DNA of 64,000 nt from Desulfobulbus sp. Tol-SR (lineage in GTDB: Bacteria; Desulfobacterota; Desulfobulbia; Desulfobulbales; Desulfocapsaceae): contig JROS01000011.1 in the NCBI GenBank assembly GCA_000769715.1, positions 2,877-66,876 on the forward strand, in the 5' to 3' direction. Below the pieces are notes generated by a model. It saw nothing but the letters and a program-made list of their open reading frames with translations. It did not search any database and was not told the origin of the DNA. Position numbers and translations under genes: made by a program. Below, in pieces: positions 40,407-49,321 of this stretch. How positions within the stretch are numbered: the stretch's first letter is position 1; every line of letters begins with the position of its first letter.

Positions 40407-42524
40407 TTATTTCAAGGCATTGGATCGCAATACCACGATAGACTGGGGGAGTACGGCGAGACAGTCGCCGCCATCGAGCGGAGGGTGGGCACCGTTGTCG
40501 ACAAAGTCATCCGGTGCGGCAGCGGCGGTATCGATGATCTGGAACCAGACACGCTTGACGGTATCTCCCGGGACGTCGGGGAGGGTGAAACGCAGGGTTT
40601 CCCCGCGACTGCCGTTGATCATGATGAAGAAATCATCATCCCGGATCATGTCCGGCCGTCGGCCATGGAGAAGGAAGGCGAGCCCATGGCAGTCCGGCGC
40701 CCAGTCCGGTTGCCCGGGTTCGAGATACTGCCAGGTAATTTCCGGGGCATGGCCGGTTTCAGGGCCTGATTCGTGGTGGCGGAAAAACTCCTCCCGTCTG
40801 AAGACCGGGTGCTTCTTGCGCAGATCGATGCAGAGCCGGAAAAACCGGAGCAGGTCCTTGTTCTTGCGGGCCAGGGTCCAGTCGATCCAACTCACCTGGT
40901 TGTCCTGACACCAGGCGTTGTTGTTCCCCTGCTGGCTGCGGCCGAACTCGTCACCGGCGGTGATCATCGGGATCCCCTGGGCGAGGAGGAGGATGGTTGC
41001 CATGCTCCGCATCCGCCGGAAACGGAGTTTTCTGACGGCACTCGGAGCCGGATCACCCTCGCAGCCGCTGTTCCAGCTGAGGTTGTGATTTTCCCCATCA
41101 CGATTATTCTCGCCGTTGGCCCGATTCCGCTTTTCCTCATAGCTCACCAGATCGTACAAGGTGAAGCCGTCATGGCTGGTGATGAAGTTGATCGAACTCA
41201 GGGGGCTGCGACAGCTGGTCTGATAGAGATCGGAACTGCCGGCGATGCGGGTGGCAAGTCGAGTGACCGTGTCGTCAAAACCGGACATGAAGGCCCGGAC
41301 GTCATCGCGGAAGCGGCCATTCCACTCGGCCCAGCGTCTGTCGGTGGAAAAGGAGCCGACCTGGTACAGACCGGCGGCGTCCCAGGCCTCGGCGATGATC
41401 TTGGTGTCTCTCAGCACTGGATCTTCGGCGATCATCTCGATGACCGGTGGGTTGGCGAGGACCTGGCCGGTGCTGTCCCGGCCGAGGATCGAAGCGAGAT
41501 CGAAACGGAACCCGTCCACATGCATTTCGATGACCCAGAAGCGCAGGGCGTCACGGATCAGGCTCCGAACCACCGGATGATTGCAGTTGAGGGTGTTGCC
41601 GCAGCCGGAGAAGTTCAGATAGGCTCGGGTTTCCTGGTCGAGAAGGTAGTAGATACGGTTGTCGATGCCGCGGAAGCTGCTCGTCGGGCCATCGTATCCT
41701 CCCTCGCCGGTATGGTTGAAAACGATATCGAGGATGACCTCGATTCCGGCCTGGTGGAGGCTTTTGACCATCGCTTTGAACTCGTTGACATGATTGCGGC
41801 AATCGGCGGCGTACCCTGATTTGAGTGCGAAGAAGGAGACAGGGTTGTAGCCCCAGAAGTTTTTCAGCGGTTCGGAGCTGTCCGGATCGCGGAAGACGAT
41901 ATCGTTCTCGTCGAATTCCGTGACCGGCATCAGTTCGACGGCGGTGATTCCAAGGGCCTTCAGATAGGGAATCTTGTCGACGATCCCGAGATAGGTTCCG
42001 GGGTGGCGGGCGCCGGCGCTGGGGTGTCGGGTGAAACCCCGAGGGTGGAGTTCGTAGATCACCGTGTCCGGCAGGGGGGTATTCAGGGGGCGATCTTCTT
42101 CCCAGTCGAAATCCTGCTTGACCGGTGTACAGGACGGGGCCTTGCCGTACCTGCATTTCTCCCCCCATTTCCTCGGCAGGAGGCGAGGACAGTACGGATC
42201 AATGAGGATTGTGTCGGGGTCGTAGATGAGTCCGTTATGCGCCGGTGAGAAGGGACCATCCATGCGATACCCGTAGGTGAAGTGATCCAGTCCGGTTTCG
42301 AGCCGGACATGCCAGATGTCCCCGGTCCGGTTTTCATCGGGATGCAGCGGGATTTCATGGCGAACCTCTGTGCCTTCGGTCGCTGTAAAATCGATGATGA
42401 GGATGACCCCGGCGGCATGTCGGCTGAACACGGCGAAATTGTATCCTCCTTCTGGAGAAGGCGAAACACCAAGTGGCACCGGGCTGCCTCTTTTTTTGCG
42501 AAAAGGAGGAGGAATGCTGGACAT
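40407..42524 (-). CDS. glgX: Glycogen debranching enzyme GlgX (isoamylase, GH13)
   Basis: 705 aa with GH13 regions DIVFNHT, GFRFDLA, AEAWD and FITSHDG. Confidence 0.9.
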   Translation of the reverse strand: MSSIPPPFRKKRGSPVPLGVSPSPEGGYNFAVFSRHAAGVILIIDFTATEGTEVRHEIPLHPDENRTGDIWHVRLETGLDHFTYGYRMDGPFSPAHNGLIYDPDTILIDPYCPRLLPRKWGEKCRYGKAPSCTPVKQDFDWEEDRPLNTPLPDTVIYELHPRGFTRHPSAGARHPGTYLGIVDKIPYLKALGITAVELMPVTEFDENDIVFRDPDSSEPLKNFWGYNPVSFFALKSGYAADCRNHVNEFKAMVKSLHQAGIEVILDIVFNHTGEGGYDGPTSSFRGIDNRIYYLLDQETRAYLNFSGCGNTLNCNHPVVRSLIRDALRFWVIEMHVDGFRFDLASILGRDSTGQVLANPPVIEMIAEDPVLRDTKIIAEAWDAAGLYQVGSFSTDRRWAEWNGRFRDDVRAFMSGFDDTVTRLATRIAGSSDLYQTSCRSPLSSINFITSHDGFTLYDLVSYEEKRNRANGENNRDGENHNLSWNSGCEGDPAPSAVRKLRFRRMRSMATILLLAQGIPMITAGDEFGRSQQGNNNAWCQDNQVSWIDWTLARKNKDLLRFFRLCIDLRKKHPVFRREEFFRHHESGPETGHAPEITWQYLEPGQPDWAPDCHGLAFLLHGRRPDMIRDDDFFIMINGSRGETLRFTLPDVPGDTVKRVWFQIIDTAAAAPDDFVDNGAHPPLDGGDCLAVLPQSIVVLRSNALK

Positions 42525-42607
42525 AAATAATAATTATTCCTATCGTTAAAAAACAGAAGGGCCGGAGACGTGCGCGATGGAAGTGCTTCTGCAGCATACA
42601 CTACAAC

Positions 42608-43615
42608 ATGCCTTGGAATAAAGTATTTCAGAAGGACGGCACGCCAGAGGAAAACTTACAGTGGAGAAAGAACATGGCAACGTTTCACCGAATCCAGTTC
42701 GGTCAGCGAACGATCAGCTCCATCGACTGGGAGATGAACCCGGACCTCAGTTTCGGTACCTACGAGTCCTGGGGTGGACGGGAGAGGGTACGCAATAACA
42801 ACGAATTCGTTTATTATTTCTTCATCGACAACTGGGGAGAAGAGCCCAAGTTGTGCCTGATGGAGCGGGCCGTCAAGCATGCCAGAGTTATCGCCGAAAT
42901 CAAGGCCCCGCCTGAGTTGGTGAGGCGATGCGTGGAAAGCCAGGGGCTATCGTCGCGCTTTGAGCAGAGTTATGCCATCAATGACCAGGTCAGACAGTGG
43001 CTGATCGACAATGTCCTTGAAGGCGGGGATGGTTCGCTCGTTGTCCCGGTCGAGGAAAAAATCGATATTGAAGACATGGGCCCGGCCCTGCCGTCCCGCT
43101 CAGCAGTCGACGGGCCCCGGAATATAACCCTGCTGCCCGCTGTCGCAAGGGATATCAGGGATGAAGAGGCTGCCGGCATCGTCAGGCATTGGAAATTTTA
43201 TGATGCCGATCGCAATGTTCGGGGTCGGTTCGACAATCTGCTCGTCGGAGTTGATGACAGCCGGGTGGCGATCGATCTTCGGACCTCATTGATGTGGCAG
43301 AGGGGAGGGTTCGACATCTCCTCCCACCGGATGATGCAGAAGAGAGTGGACGAGACCAATGAACCGGGGCTTGCCGGTTTCAATAATTGGCGTCTGCCTA
43401 CCCTCGAAGAGGCGATGTCGCTGATGGAACCGCAACTGAATGGCAAGGGGCTGCATCTCCACCCCTGTTTTTCGCGGGAGCAACCGTTCATCTTCGTCGC
43501 AGCCCGGAGACGGCCGAGCGGGCACTGGTTTGTCGATTACAAACAGGGGCGCTGTTTCTGGTCATCCGCGACCATTCCCGGCGGGTTTGGCAGGCTGGTC
43601 CGATCACTGGATTGA
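42608..43615 (+). CDS. Hypothetical protein with a C-terminal DUF1566-like (Lcl C-terminal) domain
   Basis: 335 aa. The C-terminal region LMWQRGG...NNWRLPTLEEAMSL resembles DUF1566. I recognise no family for the first 200 or so aa. Confidence 0.55.
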   Translation: MPWNKVFQKDGTPEENLQWRKNMATFHRIQFGQRTISSIDWEMNPDLSFGTYESWGGRERVRNNNEFVYYFFIDNWGEEPKLCLMERAVKHARVIAEIKAPPELVRRCVESQGLSSRFEQSYAINDQVRQWLIDNVLEGGDGSLVVPVEEKIDIEDMGPALPSRSAVDGPRNITLLPAVARDIRDEEAAGIVRHWKFYDADRNVRGRFDNLLVGVDDSRVAIDLRTSLMWQRGGFDISSHRMMQKRVDETNEPGLAGFNNWRLPTLEEAMSLMEPQLNGKGLHLHPCFSREQPFIFVAARRRPSGHWFVDYKQGRCFWSSATIPGGFGRLVRSLD

Positions 43616-43885
43616 TGGCTTGCAGATTTGGGGGTGATGGGTCACTGGGGGTGGCCGGGACATCATCGTTCCGCACTGCGAAGAGTGTGGGCAGCGCTTT
43701 TGCCCAATCGTGGCGGGGAATTGACACCGCGCTCGCGATTGTTTTCATCCCCCGGAATGAAGATGAATAACGGAGGAATGGAAAAGAATCCTCTATGGGT
43801 GTTTTTGTTTCATGATTTTTGCGAGATGCCGTATAATCTTTGGTGGCAGGTTCAGAGGTGCGGTTCTTTACTCGAATGGTAAGTC

Positions 43886-44281
43886 ATGCAACGAATATTG
43901 ATTATCGATGATGAAGAAACATCCCTTGATATCCTCCGGCAGATTCTGGAAATCGAGGGTTATGAAGTCGTCGAAGCCAGAAATGGCCAGGAAGGGATCG
44001 AGATATTTAGAAAACAATCGTTCGATCTGGTCATTACCGATCTGGTCATGCCGGTGAAGGACGGATTGAAAACCATTCTGGAACTGCGTCAGACCGATCC
44101 GGATATACCAGTGATCGCCATCTCCGGCGGTGGCGTCATCGACAAGGAGAGGTATCTCAGTGTGGCCGGATATATCGATCGTGTAACAACCCTGGCGAAA
44201 CCGTTCAACCGCCTTGACCTGGTGGATTCTGTCCACAGGCTGATCAGGCCGGTTTCCCCTTCAAATACCATACCTGCCTGA
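43886..44281 (+). CDS. Single-domain response regulator (CheY-like)
   Basis: 131 aa with ILIIDDEE, DLVITDLVMP and AKPF. Confidence 0.85.
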   Translation: MQRILIIDDEETSLDILRQILEIEGYEVVEARNGQEGIEIFRKQSFDLVITDLVMPVKDGLKTILELRQTDPDIPVIAISGGGVIDKERYLSVAGYIDRVTTLAKPFNRLDLVDSVHRLIRPVSPSNTIPA

Positions 44282-44283
44282 AT

Positions 44284-45294
44284 ATGTCCGGGGTGCCGGA
44301 CTCTGCTGGCCTGCCCGGATACCGAACCATGGAGCCGAAACAGGGAGAGAGAGGAAAACTGAGGATCGGTGTCAGCGCCTGTCTTCTCGGCCATAAGGTC
44401 CGGTATGACGGCGGACACCAACTCAATCACTTCATCCGGGATATCCTGGGACAACACATGGAGATTGTGCCGGTGTGCCCGGAGGTGGAGTGCGGCATGC
44501 CTGTTCCGAGAGAGGCGATGCGTCTCATCGGCGACACGGATAACCCCAGGCTCATTACCCGCCGGACCGGCATCGATCATACCGAACAAATGTCGATCTG
44601 GGCGGAGACCAAGGTTCGACAGTTGGAGGGAGAGGGCCTGTGCGGCTTTATCTTCAAGAAAGGGTCACCGAGCAGCGGTCTTTTCCGGGTCAAGGTCTAC
44701 TCGCAGGATGGAGTGCCCCATGGAGCCGGTGTCGGCATGTTCGCCGGAGCCTTCGTGCGCCATTTCCCCCTCCTGCCGGTGGAGGAGGATGGTCGGCTCA
44801 ACGATGACCGGTTGCGAGAGAACTTCATCGAGAGCGTCTTCGTTCACCGGCACTTCCGCGACCTTATCGCCGTTTCGTCCGGGAGGGGGGTACTTGTCGA
44901 TTTTCATGCCCGTCATAAAATGCTCCTTCTTGCTCACAGCCAGGAACATTATCGCCGGATGGGCCGATTCGTGGCCAACCTGCCGGCGGAACTCGAAGAG
45001 GCGTATCAAGGATATGGCCTCCTCCTGGCCGAGACATTGCGGGTGCTGACCACGCCCAAAAAACATTGCAATGTCCTGCTGCATGCACTTGGCTATTTCA
45101 AATATGATCTGTCGGCAGATGAGAAGCAGGAGATGCTGGAGATCATCGATGCCTACCGCAACGGTGATGTCCCGTTGATCGTCCCGATCACCCTGCTCAA
45201 TCATTTCGTCCGCAAATACAACCAGCCCTATCTGCGGCAACAGTACTATCTCCACCCCCATCCCCTTGATCTCCGCCTTCGCAGTTACATTTAG
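44284..45294 (+). CDS. DUF523 (TudS-like) fused to DUF1722 (YbgA-like)
   Basis: 336 aa (alternative ATG at 44329). It has IGVSACLLG..VRYDGG and PVCPEVECGMPVPRE, and the C-terminal half resembles YbgA. Confidence 0.8.
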   Translation: MSGVPDSAGLPGYRTMEPKQGERGKLRIGVSACLLGHKVRYDGGHQLNHFIRDILGQHMEIVPVCPEVECGMPVPREAMRLIGDTDNPRLITRRTGIDHTEQMSIWAETKVRQLEGEGLCGFIFKKGSPSSGLFRVKVYSQDGVPHGAGVGMFAGAFVRHFPLLPVEEDGRLNDDRLRENFIESVFVHRHFRDLIAVSSGRGVLVDFHARHKMLLLAHSQEHYRRMGRFVANLPAELEEAYQGYGLLLAETLRVLTTPKKHCNVLLHALGYFKYDLSADEKQEMLEIIDAYRNGDVPLIVPITLLNHFVRKYNQPYLRQQYYLHPHPLDLRLRSYI

Positions 45295-45598
45295 GGCCTG
45301 TTACGAAAAAAAATTACATATTCACCCATTGTGTCACGGCCCCTGATGCCGGTAACGACGCTCCGCTGATACGGGTATATGTATACAACGGCTTAGTCGT
45401 TTTATCTACCACTTCGATATGCCGGACATTCTGGAATGAACGCCGATCGGGAGATCAGGACCGGGTGTAAGAGGAAGGCCGGTCTGGGAGGGATCGGGCC
45501 CCAATGAGGCAATAAAATCTGTGCCCCGTGTTCTCCGGATCACCGGCAGATTGGGAATGAGCAACTGCTTTGAGGATGGATGAAACCGATAAAGCGAA

Positions 45599-46666
45599 TC
45601 AGGGAGTCGACTGGGCAACAATCTCATGCACGGCAATTGTCGATGAGGGGGCGGCGGCGGTAAGACGATCCTGCAGGGAAAATCCATGCTGGACCAGTTT
45701 CTTGACATCGGCCCACATCGTTTCACAGCCCATGACGGCGATGACGATCTCCTGGTCACCACGTTTGAACTTGCCGACATAGGTCTGGCGGGCGGCGTTG
45801 GTGAAACCGGTTTTGCCGCCCTGCGTGCCTTCAACCTGCCATAATGCTTTATTGTGATTGCGGAGCAGGCTGCCGTAGCTGGTTTTCACTTTGACCTGTT
45901 TCATCCGGGAGGCGAAGGCCGGGTCCTGCATGAAATGCCGGAACATCACGGCGAGGTCACGGGCGGTGGAGGCCTGCCCCTTGGCGGTGAGGCCGCTGGC
46001 GGTCTTGCAGACCGTGTTCTTTGCCCCCCACTCCCGGGCTTTTTCAGTCATCATTCTGGCGAAGGAGGGTTCGCTGCCGGCGATTTTTTCGGCCAGGGCG
46101 ACGCTGGCATCATTGGCGGAGGCCAAGAGCACGGCATTGATCAGATCGTTGGCCTGGTAATGCTTTTTCGGATTGAGATCGACTTTCGAGCGCGGCTGGT
46201 CGGCGGCCCAGCGGCTGACGGCGACCTGCTCGCTGCCGCTCAGGGACTTCAGCGCGATCATGCCGGTCAGGATTTTGATGGTGCTGGCGGGTTGACGCGG
46301 GTTGTCGGCATTTTTGGCGTAGAGGGTCCTGCCGCTCCTCCCATCGAGGATGATGGCGCTTCGTGCCGATATGAGTTTGCCGATCCTGCTGTTGTCGACA
46401 AGGGACGTGTTCGATTTTTTCCGAGGGCCGGACACTGCCTGGACCTTTGCGGGGGCAGGATATTCGGTCGATCGCAGTACCCGTTTCACCTTGCTGATAT
46501 CGTTGAATTTACCCAGCACAACCACCTTCGATGTGCTGGTTGTACGTTTTTTGCTGTATTTTTTCTTGGTTGCGGCATCTGCATGACTGGCGAGACTGAA
46601 CAGGGATATGACGGTGAAGAGGAAAAATGTAAGCAGGGTTGTGCCGAGAATGGTCAATCTGTTCAT
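45599..46666 (-). CDS. D-alanyl-D-alanine carboxypeptidase (serine peptidase S11, PBP5/6-like)
   Basis: 355 aa with a signal peptide, SxxK (ASTIK) and SAN (the S-x-N box), plus a KTG box (GGKTGFT). Confidence 0.85.
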   Translation of the reverse strand: MNRLTILGTTLLTFFLFTVISLFSLASHADAATKKKYSKKRTTSTSKVVVLGKFNDISKVKRVLRSTEYPAPAKVQAVSGPRKKSNTSLVDNSRIGKLISARSAIILDGRSGRTLYAKNADNPRQPASTIKILTGMIALKSLSGSEQVAVSRWAADQPRSKVDLNPKKHYQANDLINAVLLASANDASVALAEKIAGSEPSFARMMTEKAREWGAKNTVCKTASGLTAKGQASTARDLAVMFRHFMQDPAFASRMKQVKVKTSYGSLLRNHNKALWQVEGTQGGKTGFTNAARQTYVGKFKRGDQEIVIAVMGCETMWADVKKLVQHGFSLQDRLTAAAPSSTIAVHEIVAQSTP

Positions 46667-46919
46667 AATCTCTTAAGCGTTGGGGGTTTATACCTGGGAA
46701 ATAATGATGCACGCCTGATAATTTGTAGCTGGACGATATGGCAAAGTCAAGTATTTTAAAGACTTCAGGGCAAAGTACATTCTCAGACAGGACGGTAGCG
46801 GGCGTTTGACCGGAATATGCGGTTTGTGTGGAATCCGGATACGGTTGTGGGATGACAGCTGCGATGTCCATTTGGATGAGATATGGAATACCATGCATAC
46901 AATATATTGAGGTGAACCG

Positions 46920-48617
46920 ATGACGGTTGCAACGGAAGTGCGGATGACGCTGAACTATGTCCTGGATTCGAGCTGCGGCAAGTATGGCGATACCTCGGCC
47001 ATCGGTATGGCCCTCGAAGAGCCGATCAGCTACAACGAAGTCCATGATCGTGTTCTCGCCCTTGCCTTCCGGATGCAGCGGGAGGGGGTTGGAAAAGGTG
47101 ATCGGATCGCCATTCTCGCAGAGAATTCGCATCACTGGGGAATTGCCTACTTCGCCGCGGTCCGGCTTGGTGGTGTGGTGGTCCCGGTGCTGCCGGACCT
47201 GCCGGAGAGTGACGTTCGCCATATCCTTGGCGAGATGCAGGTGAAGATTCTATTCATGACGCAGCGGCAGGTCGACAAGATCGTCGAAATGAAGGGTGGG
47301 GTGCATGGCCGGGTGATCACCCTCGACGATCATGTTCCTGATCCGGAACTGGTGCCGGTGGTGACATATACCGACTACCTTGCCGGGGCGCGGACAATCC
47401 TGGCCGAAGCGGGCGGGCCTCCGGTCTTTCCCGATGTCGACCAGGACGACCTGGCCGCGATACTCTATACCTCGGGCACCTCCGGCCACTCAAAGGCGGT
47501 AATGCTCAGTCACAAGAATCTCACCTCCAACGCGTATGCCGCATCAGGCCTGCTGCCCATCCCGCCGGGGTCGGTTTTTCTCTCCATCCTGCCGATGTCG
47601 CATACCTATGAATTCACCTGCGGTTTCATCGTGCCGCTGATCACCGGCAGCCGAATCGCCTATGCCGGCAAGAGCCCGACCCCGGCCATCCTGCAGAAAT
47701 TCTGTCACCATGAGAAACCACTGGTCATTTTCGCCGTCCCTCTCGTCCTCGAGAAGATCTACAAGAAACGGGTCCTGCCCCAGATCGAGAAGAGCCGGCT
47801 GCTGACCTTGCTGTGCAAGACCACCTTCGCGCGTCGGTTTGTCTATCGTAAAATCGGGCGCAAACTCCTCGATTTCTTCGGCGGCAACCTCAAACTGATG
47901 GGGATCGGCGGCGCCGCCATCAATCCCGAGGTCGAGACGTTCCTGGCGGAGGCAAAATTTCCATATCTGGTCGGTTATGGTCTGACCGAGACCTCGCCGT
48001 TGCTGGCAGGAGGACCGGCTGGGGATGCCACCATCACGATCGGTTCAACCGGGAAACCGATTCCGGGGGTCAAGATCAGGATCGCCAACCCGGCAGCAGA
48101 TACCGGTATCGGTGAAATCTGCGCCTGCGGTCCGAATATCATGATCGGGTACCACAACGACAAGGAGGCCACCGCCGAGGTTCTGTCCCCCGATGGCTGG
48201 CTGGCGACCGGCGATCTCGGCTTCATCGACGATGCCGGCAACCTCCACATCTGCGGCCGTTCGAAGAACGTGATTGTCCTGCCCAACGGAGAAAATGTCT
48301 ATCCAGAGGCAATCGAGCACAAGATCAACAGTTACGGGTGGGTTGTCGAAGGGCTGGTGCTGGAAAACAACGGCAGGCTGGAGGCGTGGGTCCACCCCGA
48401 TTACGAGGTGATCGACGAACAGACGGCAGGGCGGTCGAGGATCGAGCGGCGCGAGCATATTGACGGACTGCTCGAACAGATGCGGCGTGAATTGAACGAG
48501 CAGCTGCCGCTGGCGTCACGGATCACGAAAATTTTCGAACGGCGGGAACAGTTCGTCAAGACGGCGACGCACAAGATCAAGCGCTACCTCTACGACAGCC
48601 ACAACTCCCACGGTTGA
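46920..48617 (+). CDS. AMP-dependent long-chain acyl-CoA synthetase/ligase
   Basis: 565 aa with the AMP-binding motif LYTSGTSGHSKAV, plus GYGLTET and TGDLG. Confidence 0.9.
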   Translation: MTVATEVRMTLNYVLDSSCGKYGDTSAIGMALEEPISYNEVHDRVLALAFRMQREGVGKGDRIAILAENSHHWGIAYFAAVRLGGVVVPVLPDLPESDVRHILGEMQVKILFMTQRQVDKIVEMKGGVHGRVITLDDHVPDPELVPVVTYTDYLAGARTILAEAGGPPVFPDVDQDDLAAILYTSGTSGHSKAVMLSHKNLTSNAYAASGLLPIPPGSVFLSILPMSHTYEFTCGFIVPLITGSRIAYAGKSPTPAILQKFCHHEKPLVIFAVPLVLEKIYKKRVLPQIEKSRLLTLLCKTTFARRFVYRKIGRKLLDFFGGNLKLMGIGGAAINPEVETFLAEAKFPYLVGYGLTETSPLLAGGPAGDATITIGSTGKPIPGVKIRIANPAADTGIGEICACGPNIMIGYHNDKEATAEVLSPDGWLATGDLGFIDDAGNLHICGRSKNVIVLPNGENVYPEAIEHKINSYGWVVEGLVLENNGRLEAWVHPDYEVIDEQTAGRSRIERREHIDGLLEQMRRELNEQLPLASRITKIFERREQFVKTATHKIKRYLYDSHNSHG

Positions 48618-48625
48618 TCCTGCGG

Positions 48626-49258
48626 TCAGGAGAGGAGGAGGCTATGGGCGAAGTCGATGATCGGCACGATGATCCTTGACAGTATTCCGGTGAAGGCCAG
48701 GACCAGGATAAGGATGAAGCCGAGGTGTTCGAAACGGGAATATGCCGCCGCCAGGTTGGGCGGCAGCAGGCCGCTGAGGATCCGGCTGCCGTCGAGCGGC
48801 GGAATCGGCAGGAAGTTGAAGATGCAGAGCACCAGGTTGATCCAGACGCTGGCGATCAGCATGGCCTGGAATGGGACCAGGATGGCCGCGACGATCTGAG
48901 CCGAGGGCACCACCTCCATCAGCAGCCAGAGTGCCCTGGTGGCGATGGCGCTGATGACGGCCACGATCAGATTGGTCGCCGGACCGGCCAGGGCCACCCA
49001 CAGCATGTCCTGGCGCGGGTTCCGGAAATAGGCGGCATTGACCGGAATGGGCCTGGCCCAGCCGATTTTGATCAGAAAAAAGGCGATGGTGCCTATGGGG
49101 TCAAGGTGTTTGAGCGGATTCAACGTCAGCCTGCCGGCCAGCCTGGCCGTCGGGTCGCCGAGGCGGTATGCCACGTAGCCATGGGCGAACTCGTGGAGGG
49201 TGAGGGCCAACAGCAGGGGTGGGGCGATGATGATCAGCTCGGTAAAGAAATTGTTCAT
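48626..49258 (-). CDS. Site-2 protease family (M50) membrane metalloprotease
   Basis: 210 aa with the HExxH motif in a TM segment (LHEFAHGY) and a later PIPPLDGS motif. Confidence 0.85.
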   Translation of the reverse strand: MNNFFTELIIIAPPLLLALTLHEFAHGYVAYRLGDPTARLAGRLTLNPLKHLDPIGTIAFFLIKIGWARPIPVNAAYFRNPRQDMLWVALAGPATNLIVAVISAIATRALWLLMEVVPSAQIVAAILVPFQAMLIASVWINLVLCIFNFLPIPPLDGSRILSGLLPPNLAAAYSRFEHLGFILILVLAFTGILSRIIVPIIDFAHSLLLS

Positions 49259-49321
49259 GAAATATCCGGAAAAAATGAATGAAACTATCGATGCAGAAAG
49301 ACCTTCTGCCAGGCAGTCATT

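Noticed and set aside
42469-42483. TGGCACCGGGCTGCC sigma-54-like string
   Set aside because: It lies inside the glgX coding region on the opposite strand to any gene start, and the -12 element is shifted by one base.
45295-45598. 304-bp gap between convergent genes, examined for an ncRNA, small gene or terminators
   Set aside because: I found no convincing hairpin/U-tract, tRNA-like arms, riboswitch-like conserved boxes or RBS-preceded ORF by eye. The overlapping 142-aa ORF (45406-45834) runs out of frame into the dacC-like gene. A covariance-model scan would be needed to say more.
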